A DNA stretch of 63,839 nt, counting the filler. It is 9 parts of 9 records of this genome, joined end to end, with 100 filler letters (N's around TTAATTAATTAA, not from the genome) between each part and the next. Parts side by side here need not be neighbours in the genome. Positions count along the whole stretch, not along the records: positions 7,494 to 17,561 come from SRR31156797_48878; positions 17,662 to 24,678 come from SRR31156797_48885; 7 more parts are not named here. One strand, given 5' to 3'. Below, one piece after another: positions 9,524 to 19,758 of the stretch; the stretch's first letter is position 1, and each line of letters opens with the position of its first letter. Position numbers and translations under genes: made by a program. The notes below the pieces were generated by a model that saw only the letters and a program-made list of their open reading frames with translations, ran no database searches and was not told the origin of the DNA.

Positions 9524-9925
9524 TCACTTCTCACCCATCTCTTTAAGCAGCAGCTTCCTCGAGCTGAGTGATACATGATGAGCTATCTCTATGCATCGTC
9601 TTTCACTGAGTGATTCCTGATATTTGAGCTCTTGGGCAAACATACTATTGATCATCCACTGGGGCTTATTGTAAAAATCACCTGCTTCTGTGACTATGGT
9701 GCCGGAAAAATTCAGCTCTGAAACAGTTTCTTCTACCATCTTTACTACATAGGGAACATCCGGTGCAGAACTGCTTCTGAAAGACCTTATAGCTATCTGC
9801 TTGACTTTTTCCACATGATCAGCAGTAACAGAGGCTGCCACAGCAGCACATACCATCAGGTATTCATCGTTTATTTTGTGACGCCCTGAAATGTCCACTG
9901 CTACGATATCGAACATCTGCTTCAA
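9524..9925 (-). CDS. Conserved archaeal protein, DUF2209-like
   Basis: MFDIVAVDISGRH N-terminus and IEIAHHVS C-terminus recalled for this family; directly downstream of endA. Confidence 0.7.
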   Translation of the reverse strand: MKQMFDIVAVDISGRHKINDEYLMVCAAVAASVTADHVEKVKQIAIRSFRSSSAPDVPYVVKMVEETVSELNFSGTIVTEAGDFYNKPQWMINSMFAQELKYQESLSERRCIEIAHHVSLSSRKLLLKEMGEK

Positions 9926-9955
9926 CCTTCACTTTGAGACTTTAAGACATTAAGC

Positions 9956-11023
9956 TCACATCTTAATCCTGCCAATATCGACATACTCGATACCGCTGGA
10001 GTATTCCACTGCATAGAGCATCTGTTTCCTGACACTGTTGGCAAGCCTTACAGCTCTTGACATTACAGGAAGGAAGAACTCATAATCATGCGGGATTGCA
10101 TGGATGAGATACTCAGAGTGAGGAAGTTTCTTGATGGTCTGCACTTCGTCATAGACCCTGAAATGAGTACCGAACTTAAAACCGGTTTTTGGAACGAATC
10201 CCCTGTTGCGAAGGTCCACATAGGTACTGTACTTACGCATGAAATCCGGTTCGATGGAAGCAGCCATCTCTGAGAACTGTGCCAGGTCGACAATTACGTC
10301 CTCTGAACCGTTATTTATCTCTATGATCCCCTGCTCCAGCAGGTAGGCAGATTCCACAAGGGACAACTGCAAACGCTCATTATCAAGGGGCTTGCCATAG
10401 AAACCATTCTCATGGAGCAGATGTGATACCTCTTCATCCCAGATGAGCACACGGTCCTCAAGCATGGTGGCAGGAATTTTCCCATCTTCTGGAAGAGATG
10501 TATTCATGTTACCTTTTACATCAGCCTTTTTAACTTCATAATATGTGAGGTCGCTTTCCTCATCAACTATTGCAAGCACCATTTGCTTGCGAACGTTAAG
10601 CGCGGCATTGTACTGTGATATCAAATCACTAAGAAGCATTGGCACACGTTCGGACCTCACGTAAACAAACATCTTTGCCTGGGTCTTCCCGGGATGTCCT
10701 CCCCTTGGATATACCCTGAAATCTGTCACACTTGGCTGGACATAGTAACCTCTCTCACGGAGGTCTTTGTAAACGATATATTTCAGCTCGAAGAACTGCT
10801 GTCTTCTGGATGCTTCTGTGAAGAATTTCTCAAAGTCCAGGGTCCTGTCATCAAGTGTGATCTCAAGCCTGTTCTTGTAAAGCAGATATGCAGCCTCAAC
10901 AAGTGTGAGTTCAAGAACATCTCCCTTCGGACGACCATAGTATCCGGTGTTGTATAGCTCGTTAATAGCCTGCTTCCCGGACTTTACCCTATCTTTGACA
11001 AGTTTTCCAATCAAAAAATTCAC
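9956..11023 (-). CDS. endA: tRNA-splicing endonuclease, euryarchaeal homodimeric type with two repeats
   Basis: Duplicated L(T/S)LVE(A/S)AYL and Y.DLR.RG units; KTGFKFGTHFRVY, HSEY and RLANSVRK catalytic motifs; exact start uncertain. Confidence 0.93.
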   Translation of the reverse strand: MNFLIGKLVKDRVKSGKQAINELYNTGYYGRPKGDVLELTLVEAAYLLYKNRLEITLDDRTLDFEKFFTEASRRQQFFELKYIVYKDLRERGYYVQPSVTDFRVYPRGGHPGKTQAKMFVYVRSERVPMLLSDLISQYNAALNVRKQMVLAIVDEESDLTYYEVKKADVKGNMNTSLPEDGKIPATMLEDRVLIWDEEVSHLLHENGFYGKPLDNERLQLSLVESAYLLEQGIIEINNGSEDVIVDLAQFSEMAASIEPDFMRKYSTYVDLRNRGFVPKTGFKFGTHFRVYDEVQTIKKLPHSEYLIHAIPHDYEFFLPVMSRAVRLANSVRKQMLYAVEYSSGIEYVDIGRIKM

Positions 11024-11154
11024 CTGAATTGAATAAAATGTGAAACGAATGTTATGGGTTCAAAATATGGGACTACCTATTTAACTATGGTGGAATAGTA
11101 CAAAGGAAAAATCCTGTACAACGTTTCTGTTAGAAAATAAAAGGAAGATGAGTG

Positions 11155-14100
11155 TTAACTCTTCTTCCTGTAGACCATGCAGTATCCTGCAAGCAGGAAC
11201 GCAAGCATTGAGACGACACCTGCAAACCCAGGAGTGCTCTTTGAATCTGGCTCTTCAAGCTCATCACCTGACGCTACATCTTCATTGGCGGACCCTGTTG
11301 AGTCTGTTGTATCTGTCAAATCAAGAGCTTTTCTAGTAGAATCTCCCACTATGGCAAACGGAGAGAATCCAGGCGTGCTTGCTTCAAAGTGAAGATATCC
11401 ATCATCCTCATCGACCAGTTTCGTGTCAAGCTCTTCCCACTCACCATCTGAATAGTGCAAGAGTCTTACAGTGTTCTTATCAACTTCATTCTCTGAAAGC
11501 CATTCCTTACTGACCTTGAAACCTATGACACAGTCCTCTATGTTTTTAGAGAAACTGGATTTTCCTACCCAAATGTTCAGATTTCGATATACTGTTCCTT
11601 GAGGTTCTTTGTCTACAAGTGCAGATGTGTTATGCAGGCATTCAATGGTAGTCGGGATCTTACCCCAGTTGCGTGAAGCTGTGAACTGGACGTATTCCAC
11701 TTCGTTGTCCTCGTCTGTAAAGTCATAGGATGTGACTGAATCCTTTGTTACAAACTCGGACTTTACGTCCTTGAATGCGATGTTCTCGTAGAGTTCGCCT
11801 GTGGTGCCTCCACCACCGCCTTCTCCGCCACCGCCGGAGCCTGAGGAAGAGCTACCGGATGTACTTGTACCAGAGGATATCGTTTCTATTACAAGACTTA
11901 CTGAAACCTCATCAGACCATGCACCATCGTCATCCTTAACCCTGAAGTGAATAGTATGGTTCCCAACTGAGAGAGCAGATGTTGTGAAACTGGCATTAGT
12001 GCTTAGCTGACTATCGATATTGGAGCGCCAGTTGTAAGCTACTATTAAGCCATCACTATCAGTGCCGCTTCCTGATAAAGTGACCTCTGTGCCTGAACTT
12101 GCACTTTCTACGGATTGATTTATTGTGGATACCACTGGTTTTAGATTGACATCGTTGTCCACCACCTCATATTCCCTGAAAGGATACAAGCGAAGTGTAT
12201 CATCATCAGCAACCCTGAATTTGAAACCTTCTGCCAATTCAATATCTGTACCCTTTTCAAGAACAAGGCCCCTTATGTTTGCCATAACAATACTATCTGT
12301 GACATAATAAACTTCGAATTCCCCTATCAGTGCATCACTATCAATCTGAATGATCTCATCATAGTCTATCAACCAGAGACCATCGATAACAATATCCTCT
12401 CCAGAAGTATCCTGATCAACTTCTTTGATGTTCATCCTGAAAACAGTGACATTTTCAAGAGTGAACATGTTAGCATGTATGTCAGTCTGATATTCCCAGG
12501 TATATCCACCATCTGAAACATCTACATTTTCACTAAATAGTATGTTTCCATTTTTTGATAGTTCCACTAGAGCATTGTCTTCATTCATAGTTTGTATCAT
12601 AAATTCATAATTTAATGGGAGCTCCAGCGGTGAACTTGTGTTTAATATATACTCTGAATTTGAGTCAACAACAAGTCGTGATAAGACACCGGCATCTGTT
12701 TCAAAAAGAGAAACATATTCCTCCCCAAATAGTCCTATATAATTATAGGTCATATTGTTCAAATAAGTGTTTTCAGGATCATAAACTGCTGCATACTCCT
12801 TCTGCACAAGTGCAGTCTCATACACCAGCCCCTCCTCCAAAATATAGTTGCCATAAATATCATGGATCCTTAACGACTCAGTACCTCTATTGATTTCAGG
12901 ATCATAGACAAAACCTGCAAAGTTCTCATAATTCCATGTGACGCTGCCAGACGAAAATTGGGTGCTATTAGCAACTGTGCCCCTTAGCTCATAAGTTCCC
13001 GGTATATCAATGTCTGTTTTCAGATAGAAGCAAGGGTTATCTGAGCTTGAAAGGTTCAGGGATATGTCAGGTGCTACAAGAGTACTCTCGCCTGCTTTTA
13101 CAATAATTCCTTCAGGATTGGACATAGATATACGACCATCATCGAGATAATCGACCTCAAGTTCTTCAAACTCATCTCCATATCCAATCTCAAGAATGTT
13201 CTCATCCTCAATATCGATAAGCCAGAGACCTTCGACAACTGCAAGGTTGTCTACCTGGCCCTGGAATAGGTCGGTAATGAGGACTCTAAGGATAATTACA
13301 TCGTTCTGGTCTCCGATATCTATGTCATAGTCCCAGGTTGCTTTACCAGCAGTTAAATCAATGACTTCGTCCTCAATGAATTCTCCGTCCTTGGAGAATT
13401 CCATCCAGACCTTGCCACCTTCTACATCGATCTGTTTTGCCGTGAGAGCATAACCTTCTGGAAGTTCTAGAGGGGAATTGGTCCTTAATGTGTACTTGTC
13501 ATCAGAATCGAGAAGCAGTTTTGCAGCTTTGCAGGAGCTGTTATTTTCGATATTCTCTACAGGTACGTAGAGATCACCAAAGATTCCCATTGCAGGATAA
13601 GTCTCATTATCTGACATTGATTCTTCTGTTGCAAAATCTACCCTATAGGGAATCTGCTTTACACTTGTATCATATCGTACCCCATGTTCTTCTATCCGGT
13701 ATGTCCCATTTCCTTCGTTAGTAAGGTCATAGATACTCATTGATTCTGTTGACACATCCCTATTGAGATCATAGTAGAAAGCTGCAAAATTCAAAGCATT
13801 GATGTCGATATAATTCTGTCCGTCTCCAAGTGATGCGATATCTTCGTTATCATATACAGGACTTCTTATCTCTAGAGAATCAACTAAATTATCATGATCT
13901 AACGTAAGATTCTTTGCTGAATCTGGATTTAATACCTCGTTAGAGACAAGTGGCAAATAATCGATATTGTCTCCCCTAATAGTGTAATTTCCGTCACATA
14001 TTCCATCATCATCTGAATCCATGCTTACCTGGCTGAAGCCTGTTCCATCCGGATTTGCCCAGAAATTCCCACCAATATACGGGCCGCCTACAACATTTAT

Positions 14101-15144
14101 ACCTGCTGTTTTTGATATATTCCAGATATTAGCATTATCATACAACAAATGAGTATTCTGTGTGTTGTTGAAATAGTTGTTGTAAATTATATTCCCTGAG
14201 GAACCATTATAAATTGATAGTCCACGAAGGTAACTGTTTACAATCTCATTACCTGCTATTGTATTTCCGGTGTTATGTTTGTTGAGGAATAATCCAGTTC
14301 CACCGTAAACTCCTGGAGTGCTACTTAAGGTAATAGCTCCAGAATCCTGATTCGCCCCTTCGACATTATACATATCAAATTCATTATTTTCTGCTAAGGG
14401 TTGAGAATCCATACTAGCAAGAGTTACTGTGTACCCACCTAATGGGGAAAAATAATACGTATCGTAAATTGTGTTGTTAACAATTAGATTATCATGAGAA
14501 TATTGATGGAAATAAATGCTGTATACACCATCAGCTTGAAAAGTATTTCCTGAAAGGACATTGTCACATGAACTTACAAGGTCAAATCCAATATGGTCGT
14601 TAGTTGACGATACTGACGCTACATAATTATTATCACTTTCAAAAAGACAGAGGCCAATATATGTGTTTGACAGTAATGTATTATTCAAGATTTCATTGGA
14701 GTCCGAGTTATTCAGGTAGATACCGTATTTATTAAACTTAACGACATTATTTTTTATAATACATCCTGAAGCCTTGTAGAGAAATATTGCCTTTGATGAA
14801 TAAGCTTCCATGACAGTGAAACCACTAAATGTCACATTTCCCGCATTAATAGTAATCAAATTATTTTCAGTATCAAAAGGTTTGAGGATAACATTTTCAG
14901 GATTTCCGGATTCCGAAACAATAGATACAGATTTGTTCACCAGCAAATTCTCAGTATAAATTCCCGGCTTAACTACAATAGAGTCACCGGAAGACGCATT
15001 GTCTATGGCATCCTGAATTAAAGTATAGTCTCCACTGCCACTATGGCCTACAGTAACAATTTCAGCCGCTGCAGTTCCTGCCATTAGAATAGCAGATATA
15101 CATATAAACAAAAGAATTATCGTTTTTGAACTATTGGAATGCAA
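11155..15144 (-). CDS. Cell-surface protein: signal peptide, NosD-like beta-helix, two Methanosarcinales S-layer (DUF1608) repeats, PKD-like domain, PGF-pre-PGF, PGF-CTERM
   Basis: IQDAIDNA..GD.I.VKPG; GGNFWANPDGTGFS; NFAAFYYDL and NFAGFVYD repeats; Gly/Ser linker; TPGFSPFAI; STPGF + TM helix + basic tail. Confidence 0.88.
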   Translation of the reverse strand: MHSNSSKTIILLFICISAILMAGTAAAEIVTVGHSGSGDYTLIQDAIDNASSGDSIVVKPGIYTENLLVNKSVSIVSESGNPENVILKPFDTENNLITINAGNVTFSGFTVMEAYSSKAIFLYKASGCIIKNNVVKFNKYGIYLNNSDSNEILNNTLLSNTYIGLCLFESDNNYVASVSSTNDHIGFDLVSSCDNVLSGNTFQADGVYSIYFHQYSHDNLIVNNTIYDTYYFSPLGGYTVTLASMDSQPLAENNEFDMYNVEGANQDSGAITLSSTPGVYGGTGLFLNKHNTGNTIAGNEIVNSYLRGLSIYNGSSGNIIYNNYFNNTQNTHLLYDNANIWNISKTAGINVVGGPYIGGNFWANPDGTGFSQVSMDSDDDGICDGNYTIRGDNIDYLPLVSNEVLNPDSAKNLTLDHDNLVDSLEIRSPVYDNEDIASLGDGQNYIDINALNFAAFYYDLNRDVSTESMSIYDLTNEGNGTYRIEEHGVRYDTSVKQIPYRVDFATEESMSDNETYPAMGIFGDLYVPVENIENNSSCKAAKLLLDSDDKYTLRTNSPLELPEGYALTAKQIDVEGGKVWMEFSKDGEFIEDEVIDLTAGKATWDYDIDIGDQNDVIILRVLITDLFQGQVDNLAVVEGLWLIDIEDENILEIGYGDEFEELEVDYLDDGRISMSNPEGIIVKAGESTLVAPDISLNLSSSDNPCFYLKTDIDIPGTYELRGTVANSTQFSSGSVTWNYENFAGFVYDPEINRGTESLRIHDIYGNYILEEGLVYETALVQKEYAAVYDPENTYLNNMTYNYIGLFGEEYVSLFETDAGVLSRLVVDSNSEYILNTSSPLELPLNYEFMIQTMNEDNALVELSKNGNILFSENVDVSDGGYTWEYQTDIHANMFTLENVTVFRMNIKEVDQDTSGEDIVIDGLWLIDYDEIIQIDSDALIGEFEVYYVTDSIVMANIRGLVLEKGTDIELAEGFKFRVADDDTLRLYPFREYEVVDNDVNLKPVVSTINQSVESASSGTEVTLSGSGTDSDGLIVAYNWRSNIDSQLSTNASFTTSALSVGNHTIHFRVKDDDGAWSDEVSVSLVIETISSGTSTSGSSSSGSGGGGEGGGGGTTGELYENIAFKDVKSEFVTKDSVTSYDFTDEDNEVEYVQFTASRNWGKIPTTIECLHNTSALVDKEPQGTVYRNLNIWVGKSSFSKNIEDCVIGFKVSKEWLSENEVDKNTVRLLHYSDGEWEELDTKLVDEDDGYLHFEASTPGFSPFAIVGDSTRKALDLTDTTDSTGSANEDVASGDELEEPDSKSTPGFAGVVSMLAFLLAGYCMVYRKKS

Positions 15145-15284
15145 GTATATACCACCAGAGAACTAATAGTATTCTTTGTATTTAAAAATAATTAATTTAT
15201 GATGTCTTATAAAAGACCATGAAAATATATAATTAGACTATGAGATTAAAATAGCTGAAGAACTAAAAAAGATATAAAGCTTAC

Positions 15285-16967
15285 TTAAAGGTAAGCTTCA
15301 GTCACATAGTGACGCATCATCCTGTGGCTGTTGAAATAATAAGCTATCATCTCGATAGAATTATTCATAAGGCCAACCCATTCATCCCTCCTGCAATAAT
15401 ACTTCGGGATCATTATGTATTCGAGTTTATTGTACAGGTCATCAAGTTCCATCATCTCAATCTGCTCTGGTGACTTATCAGCCTCAGGTTTAGGACCGAT
15501 GGCAAAACCTGTTAATCCTTCCACACATCCCTCAATCCACCAGCCATCGAGCACGCTGAAGTTCACAACACCATTGTGTGCTGCCTTCATGCCACTTGTG
15601 CCTGATGCCTCCAGTGGTTTACGGGGATTGTTGAGCCAGATATCTACACCCGATACCATCTTCATGGCAAGGTCGATATCATAGTTCTCAAGATAAGCTA
15701 TCTTGATCTCAGCTTTGAGCTCTTCCGCGTACCGGAATATTTTCTCAATGAACATCTTACCCATAGTATCGCGGGGATGAGCCTTTCCTGCGAATATCAA
15801 CTGGATCTTCCCTGCCTCGTTGACCTTTCTCAATCGGTTCAGGTCAGAGAAGATGAAAGTAGGTCTTTTGTACTCGGTAAAACGTCTTGCAAAACCGATG
15901 GTAAGAGTATCATAGTCCAGACCTGCATCGCACCTGCTGTTCACGTGGTCGATAAGCTCCTTCTTTGCAAGCATGTGAGACTCCCATATCTCATTATCAG
16001 GTATCCTCCGGGTTCTTACAAGAAGTTCAGGTTCCTTTGCCCAGCCGGGGATGTACCTGTCATACAGTTCTTTGAAATGAGGAGAAACCCATGTGTGTGA
16101 ATGGACACCGTTTGTGATAGAAGATATCTCATATCCCGGGAACATTTCCCTTGAAACATCCCTGTGTCTTTTTGCCACACCGTTGATGTAGTTGGAGAGA
16201 TTCAAAGCAAGCAAAGTCATATTCAGCTCATATTCCCCTCCGTATTTCTTGAGAACATCTAAGTCTACATCTTCGTCCATCACCTCAAGTACAAGGTCAT
16301 GTGAGAACTTATCGTGCCCGCTCTCTATGGGGGTATGGGTGGTAAAGACACATTTCTCTTTAACTCTTTCAGGCTGCATGTTGTTCTGACGAAGCAGTTC
16401 AATAGCCAGGAGACTTGAATGTCCCTCATTCATATGATATTTGGTAATAGAACATCCCAGGCTGTTTAGCATCCTTACACCACCGATACCAAGTACCATT
16501 TCCTGTTTCAGGCGATAGCCCCTGTCTCCTCCGTAAAGGCTGTCTGTTATTAACCTGTCCTCCAGGGAGTTGCCTTCAACATCAGTGTCAAGGAAGATCA
16601 CAGGGATTTTCGATCCGGTAAGGCTCTGGTGTTCATAGAGCCATGCCCTTATCCTGACATCCCTTTTATGCATCCTGACTGTCACTTCATAAGGAAGGAG
16701 ACTCATGTAATCTGAAGGTGACCAATCCTGATGATGTTCAGTCTGTCTGCCGTATTCATCGACTTTCTGGAGAAAATACCCCTTCCTGTTGAGGAGGGTC
16801 ACGCCTATCAGGGGAAGACCTAGATCAGCACTTGCCCGGATAGTATCCCCGGCAAGAATACCAAGACCTCCGCTGTAAGTGGGCATCTCGTTTTTTAATC
16901 CAATCTCCATTGAGAAATACGCAATCTTCCATCCCTTGTGACCAATTACCTTATGCATGTTTTCCAT
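15285..16967 (-). CDS. glgP: Alpha-glucan phosphorylase, short type
   Basis: YSGGLGILAGD; HMNEGH; GFARRFTEYKR; AGKAHP; EASGTSGMK (PLP lysine). Confidence 0.93.
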   Translation of the reverse strand: MENMHKVIGHKGWKIAYFSMEIGLKNEMPTYSGGLGILAGDTIRASADLGLPLIGVTLLNRKGYFLQKVDEYGRQTEHHQDWSPSDYMSLLPYEVTVRMHKRDVRIRAWLYEHQSLTGSKIPVIFLDTDVEGNSLEDRLITDSLYGGDRGYRLKQEMVLGIGGVRMLNSLGCSITKYHMNEGHSSLLAIELLRQNNMQPERVKEKCVFTTHTPIESGHDKFSHDLVLEVMDEDVDLDVLKKYGGEYELNMTLLALNLSNYINGVAKRHRDVSREMFPGYEISSITNGVHSHTWVSPHFKELYDRYIPGWAKEPELLVRTRRIPDNEIWESHMLAKKELIDHVNSRCDAGLDYDTLTIGFARRFTEYKRPTFIFSDLNRLRKVNEAGKIQLIFAGKAHPRDTMGKMFIEKIFRYAEELKAEIKIAYLENYDIDLAMKMVSGVDIWLNNPRKPLEASGTSGMKAAHNGVVNFSVLDGWWIEGCVEGLTGFAIGPKPEADKSPEQIEMMELDDLYNKLEYIMIPKYYCRRDEWVGLMNNSIEMIAYYFNSHRMMRHYVTEAYL

Positions 16968-17067
16968 GTTTTACTGCACCTGTTCCAAAGAACCTCATTT
17001 GAATATATATACAGAAATGTACCTGACAATTAAAAGCCCTTTTGATATGTCCAGGTTCAGGTAAGGA

Positions 17068-17561
17068 TCATTCCAGAAGTTCCAGATCACTCATAGCTGC
17101 ATCCCTTAACTGTTCCCTGAGATCAGGTATAGCTGACAATGCCCTTTTCCAGTCCGGCATCTGTATGCTCAGTGGTGTTTCCAGATAGGAGCTTCCTGTT
17201 TTCAGGATAATCTGGGAGAAAGCTTCAACATACCTTTCTTCCACATGCCTGTCGTATTTCAGGTCATTACAGATAGCATCGGCATGGTGCTGCCTGATCA
17301 GGTCCTGGGCGAATCGTATGTACTTCACGTACACGCTCTGAATGAAAGATTTAGTGATATGGACACTTGTAGTTTCATTAGCAATACGCAGCAAGGTCAA
17401 TACAATGTCATTTACCATCTTGGAGAGGCCTTCGCTTACATCTTCTCCTGCATCCTTGTGCTTGTGTTCATAGAAACCAAGGTCCGTCTGGCATGTCCTT
17501 TTCAGGGAGCTGTTCCTGTAGACCTCAGCAAGAAGGCCCACTTCAAGTCCCCAGTCAGACG
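17068..17561 (-). CDS. Glucosyl-3-phosphoglycerate synthase-like glycosyltransferase, C-terminal part (5' cut by contig edge)
   Basis: DWGLEVGLLAEVYRN...CQTDLGFYEHKH motif; frame open to the contig end. Confidence 0.65.
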
Positions 17562-17661
17562 NNNNNNNNNNNNNNNNNNNNNNNNNNNNNNNNNNNNNNN
17601 NNNNNTTAATTAATTAANNNNNNNNNNNNNNNNNNNNNNNNNNNNNNNNNNNNNNNNNNNN
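17562..17661. other. Artificial contig spacer 2
   Basis: N44-TTAATTAATTAA-N44. Confidence 0.99.
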
Positions 17662-17677
17662 ATGAAAGGATTCGGGA

Positions 17678-17752
17678 ATGATTGACGGTGTTCGGATAAA
17701 AGAGCTTAAAGTGTTCACGGATGAACGGGGACGCTTCTCGGAAATCAGGTGA
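17678..17752 (+). pseudogene. 24-codon remnant of an RmlC-family (dTDP-sugar 3,5-epimerase) gene
   Basis: Hand translation MIDGVRIKELKVFTDERGRFSEIR*, with AAAGGA RBS; DERG.F.E is the RmlC N-terminal motif; absent from the ORF track. Confidence 0.7.
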
Positions 17753-17761
17753 ACGGGTGCC

Positions 17762-18751
17762 ATGGAAAAAACGGCGGAACATTACAAGGGGAAAAAGATA
17801 CTCGTTACCGGTTCAGCCGGTTTCATCGGTTCGTCACTGGTTAAAGCTTTGCGCCGGGTGGACTGTACCCTTATCTGTTGCAGCCGGAATGGCGAAAGCC
17901 CTGAAAGGGGCAACGCCGCCAAAGCGCGCATGATGACGCATAAAATGGACATCCGAAATCCTTCCGCCTGGAACGACACCCTTGAAGGGGTCGATGTGGT
18001 CTTCCATTTCGCGGCCCAGACGAGCGCCGGATTTGCCAATCGGCACCCGGCTACGGATCTGGATGTGAATGTGCTCCCCATTGCCCGTTTTTTGGAAACG
18101 TGCCAGCGGAAGGGAATCCGTCCGGATATGGTTTTTCCCGGAACCGTCACCGAGGCCGGTTTGACCCGGACCTTTCCAGTGGATGAGTCGATCCGGGATG
18201 ACCCCATCACGGTTTACGATATCAACAAGTTATCCGCGGAAAACTATCTGTCCTATTACGCAGGACAACTGGGGGGAAGGGCTGTCACCCTACGGCTGGC
18301 AAATATTTACGGCCCCGGCCCCAACAGTAGTCAACCGGACAGGGGTATTCTCAACATGATGGTCATGAGGGCTCTCAAAGGGAAACCCCTGACGGTCTAT
18401 GGGGATGGAAATTTTGTAAGGGACTACCTGTTTATGGATGATGCCATAAAGGCCTTTCTGCTGGCGGGCTCACACTTGAAGAAAACAAGCGGCAGACACT
18501 ATGTGGTGGGGAGCGGTGTCGGCCACACCATCAGGGAAATGGTTCAAACCGTAAAGGATCTGGTAACAAAACGGACCGGTAAAAGGGTAATGCTGAACCA
18601 TATTGATCCCCCCATCGATCTTTCGCCCATTGAATTTCGGCACTTTGTGGCAGACATTACCCGTTTTCGTGCCGATTCGGGCTGGACCCCCCGGGTTTCA
18701 CTTGAAGAAGGGATCTCCCGCACCATAACTTTCTTTATGGGGAGGACATAA
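17762..18751 (+). CDS. NAD-dependent nucleotide-sugar epimerase/dehydratase
   Basis: TGSAGFIG; YDINK (YxxxK); RLANIYGP; GDG..VRDY. Confidence 0.9.
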   Translation: MEKTAEHYKGKKILVTGSAGFIGSSLVKALRRVDCTLICCSRNGESPERGNAAKARMMTHKMDIRNPSAWNDTLEGVDVVFHFAAQTSAGFANRHPATDLDVNVLPIARFLETCQRKGIRPDMVFPGTVTEAGLTRTFPVDESIRDDPITVYDINKLSAENYLSYYAGQLGGRAVTLRLANIYGPGPNSSQPDRGILNMMVMRALKGKPLTVYGDGNFVRDYLFMDDAIKAFLLAGSHLKKTSGRHYVVGSGVGHTIREMVQTVKDLVTKRTGKRVMLNHIDPPIDLSPIEFRHFVADITRFRADSGWTPRVSLEEGISRTITFFMGRT

Positions 18752-18756
18752 GAACC

Positions 18757-19728
18757 ATGAACATACTGATTCTGGGTGGGGCCGGATTCTTCGGGGCCAA
18801 CCTTGTGCGCCGCTGCCTTAGAGATGGTCAAAACAGAGTAACGGTGGTCGATTCCCTTGAACCGAGGCTTAAAAGTAATTTTGACGGCCTTCGGGAGGTG
18901 AGTTCTTCCATGGAATTTATCAAAGGGGATATCCGGAATTCAACCCTCATGGAAGATGTGGTGAAACATCAGGATGTCATATTCAACTGTGCGGGCCAGA
19001 CCTCCCACCCCATTTCCCTGAGCGACCCGCTGTTCGATGAGGAAATCAATTGTACCGGAAATCTAAAGGTCCTGGAAGCCATACGCAAATCCAATAAATC
19101 CGCTCGTATCATCTATACCTCCAGCAGCACGGTTATCGGAAAGGCCCATGGAGACATTGTCACCGAGTCCCACAGCGAACAGCCGCTCGATATCTACTCG
19201 GCCAACAAATGTGTAGCCGAAAAATACTATTATATCTATCATAAGGTGCACGGCATCAAGACCCTCTCCCTTCGATTCGCCAACCTTTACGGTCCTTATG
19301 GCAAAGGGTATGGTGAATTCGGTTTCATTAATTATTTCATATGGTTGGCTGCCAACAACCGGGAGATCTCCATTTTCGGAGATGGACATCAGACGCGTAA
19401 CGTCATGTATATTGAAGATGCAGCCGACCTGGTCTACCATTGCGCCTTTAATGAGCGCCTTTACGGCAATGTCTATTTTGCCGTTCACAAAGAGCACTAT
19501 TCGGTTCTGAACATTGCAAATGAGATCATATCGGTCTTTGGAAAAGGGCGTCTCTCTAAAAAAAGATGGCCCCACGTCCGGAAAAAAATAGAGATAGGTG
19601 ATGCCATTATCAGCGGGGCGAAATTGTATTACGAAACCCAATGGGAACCGAAATTCAACCTGAGGGAAGGGCTTGCCAGAACGAAAAGGATCATTGACCA
19701 CAGGCAAAGCGCAGAGCCGGCGACTTGA
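18757..19728 (+). CDS. NAD-dependent nucleotide-sugar epimerase/dehydratase
   Basis: GGAGFFG; YSANK; RFANLYGP. Confidence 0.9.
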   Translation: MNILILGGAGFFGANLVRRCLRDGQNRVTVVDSLEPRLKSNFDGLREVSSSMEFIKGDIRNSTLMEDVVKHQDVIFNCAGQTSHPISLSDPLFDEEINCTGNLKVLEAIRKSNKSARIIYTSSSTVIGKAHGDIVTESHSEQPLDIYSANKCVAEKYYYIYHKVHGIKTLSLRFANLYGPYGKGYGEFGFINYFIWLAANNREISIFGDGHQTRNVMYIEDAADLVYHCAFNERLYGNVYFAVHKEHYSVLNIANEIISVFGKGRLSKKRWPHVRKKIEIGDAIISGAKLYYETQWEPKFNLREGLARTKRIIDHRQSAEPAT

Positions 19729-19758
19729 GGACCTTGACAAGAAAGAGGGAGATATGAA

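Noticed and set aside
11795-11880. GC-rich low-complexity tract in the S-layer gene
   Set aside because: It encodes the usual Ser/Gly linker before PGF-pre-PGF domains.
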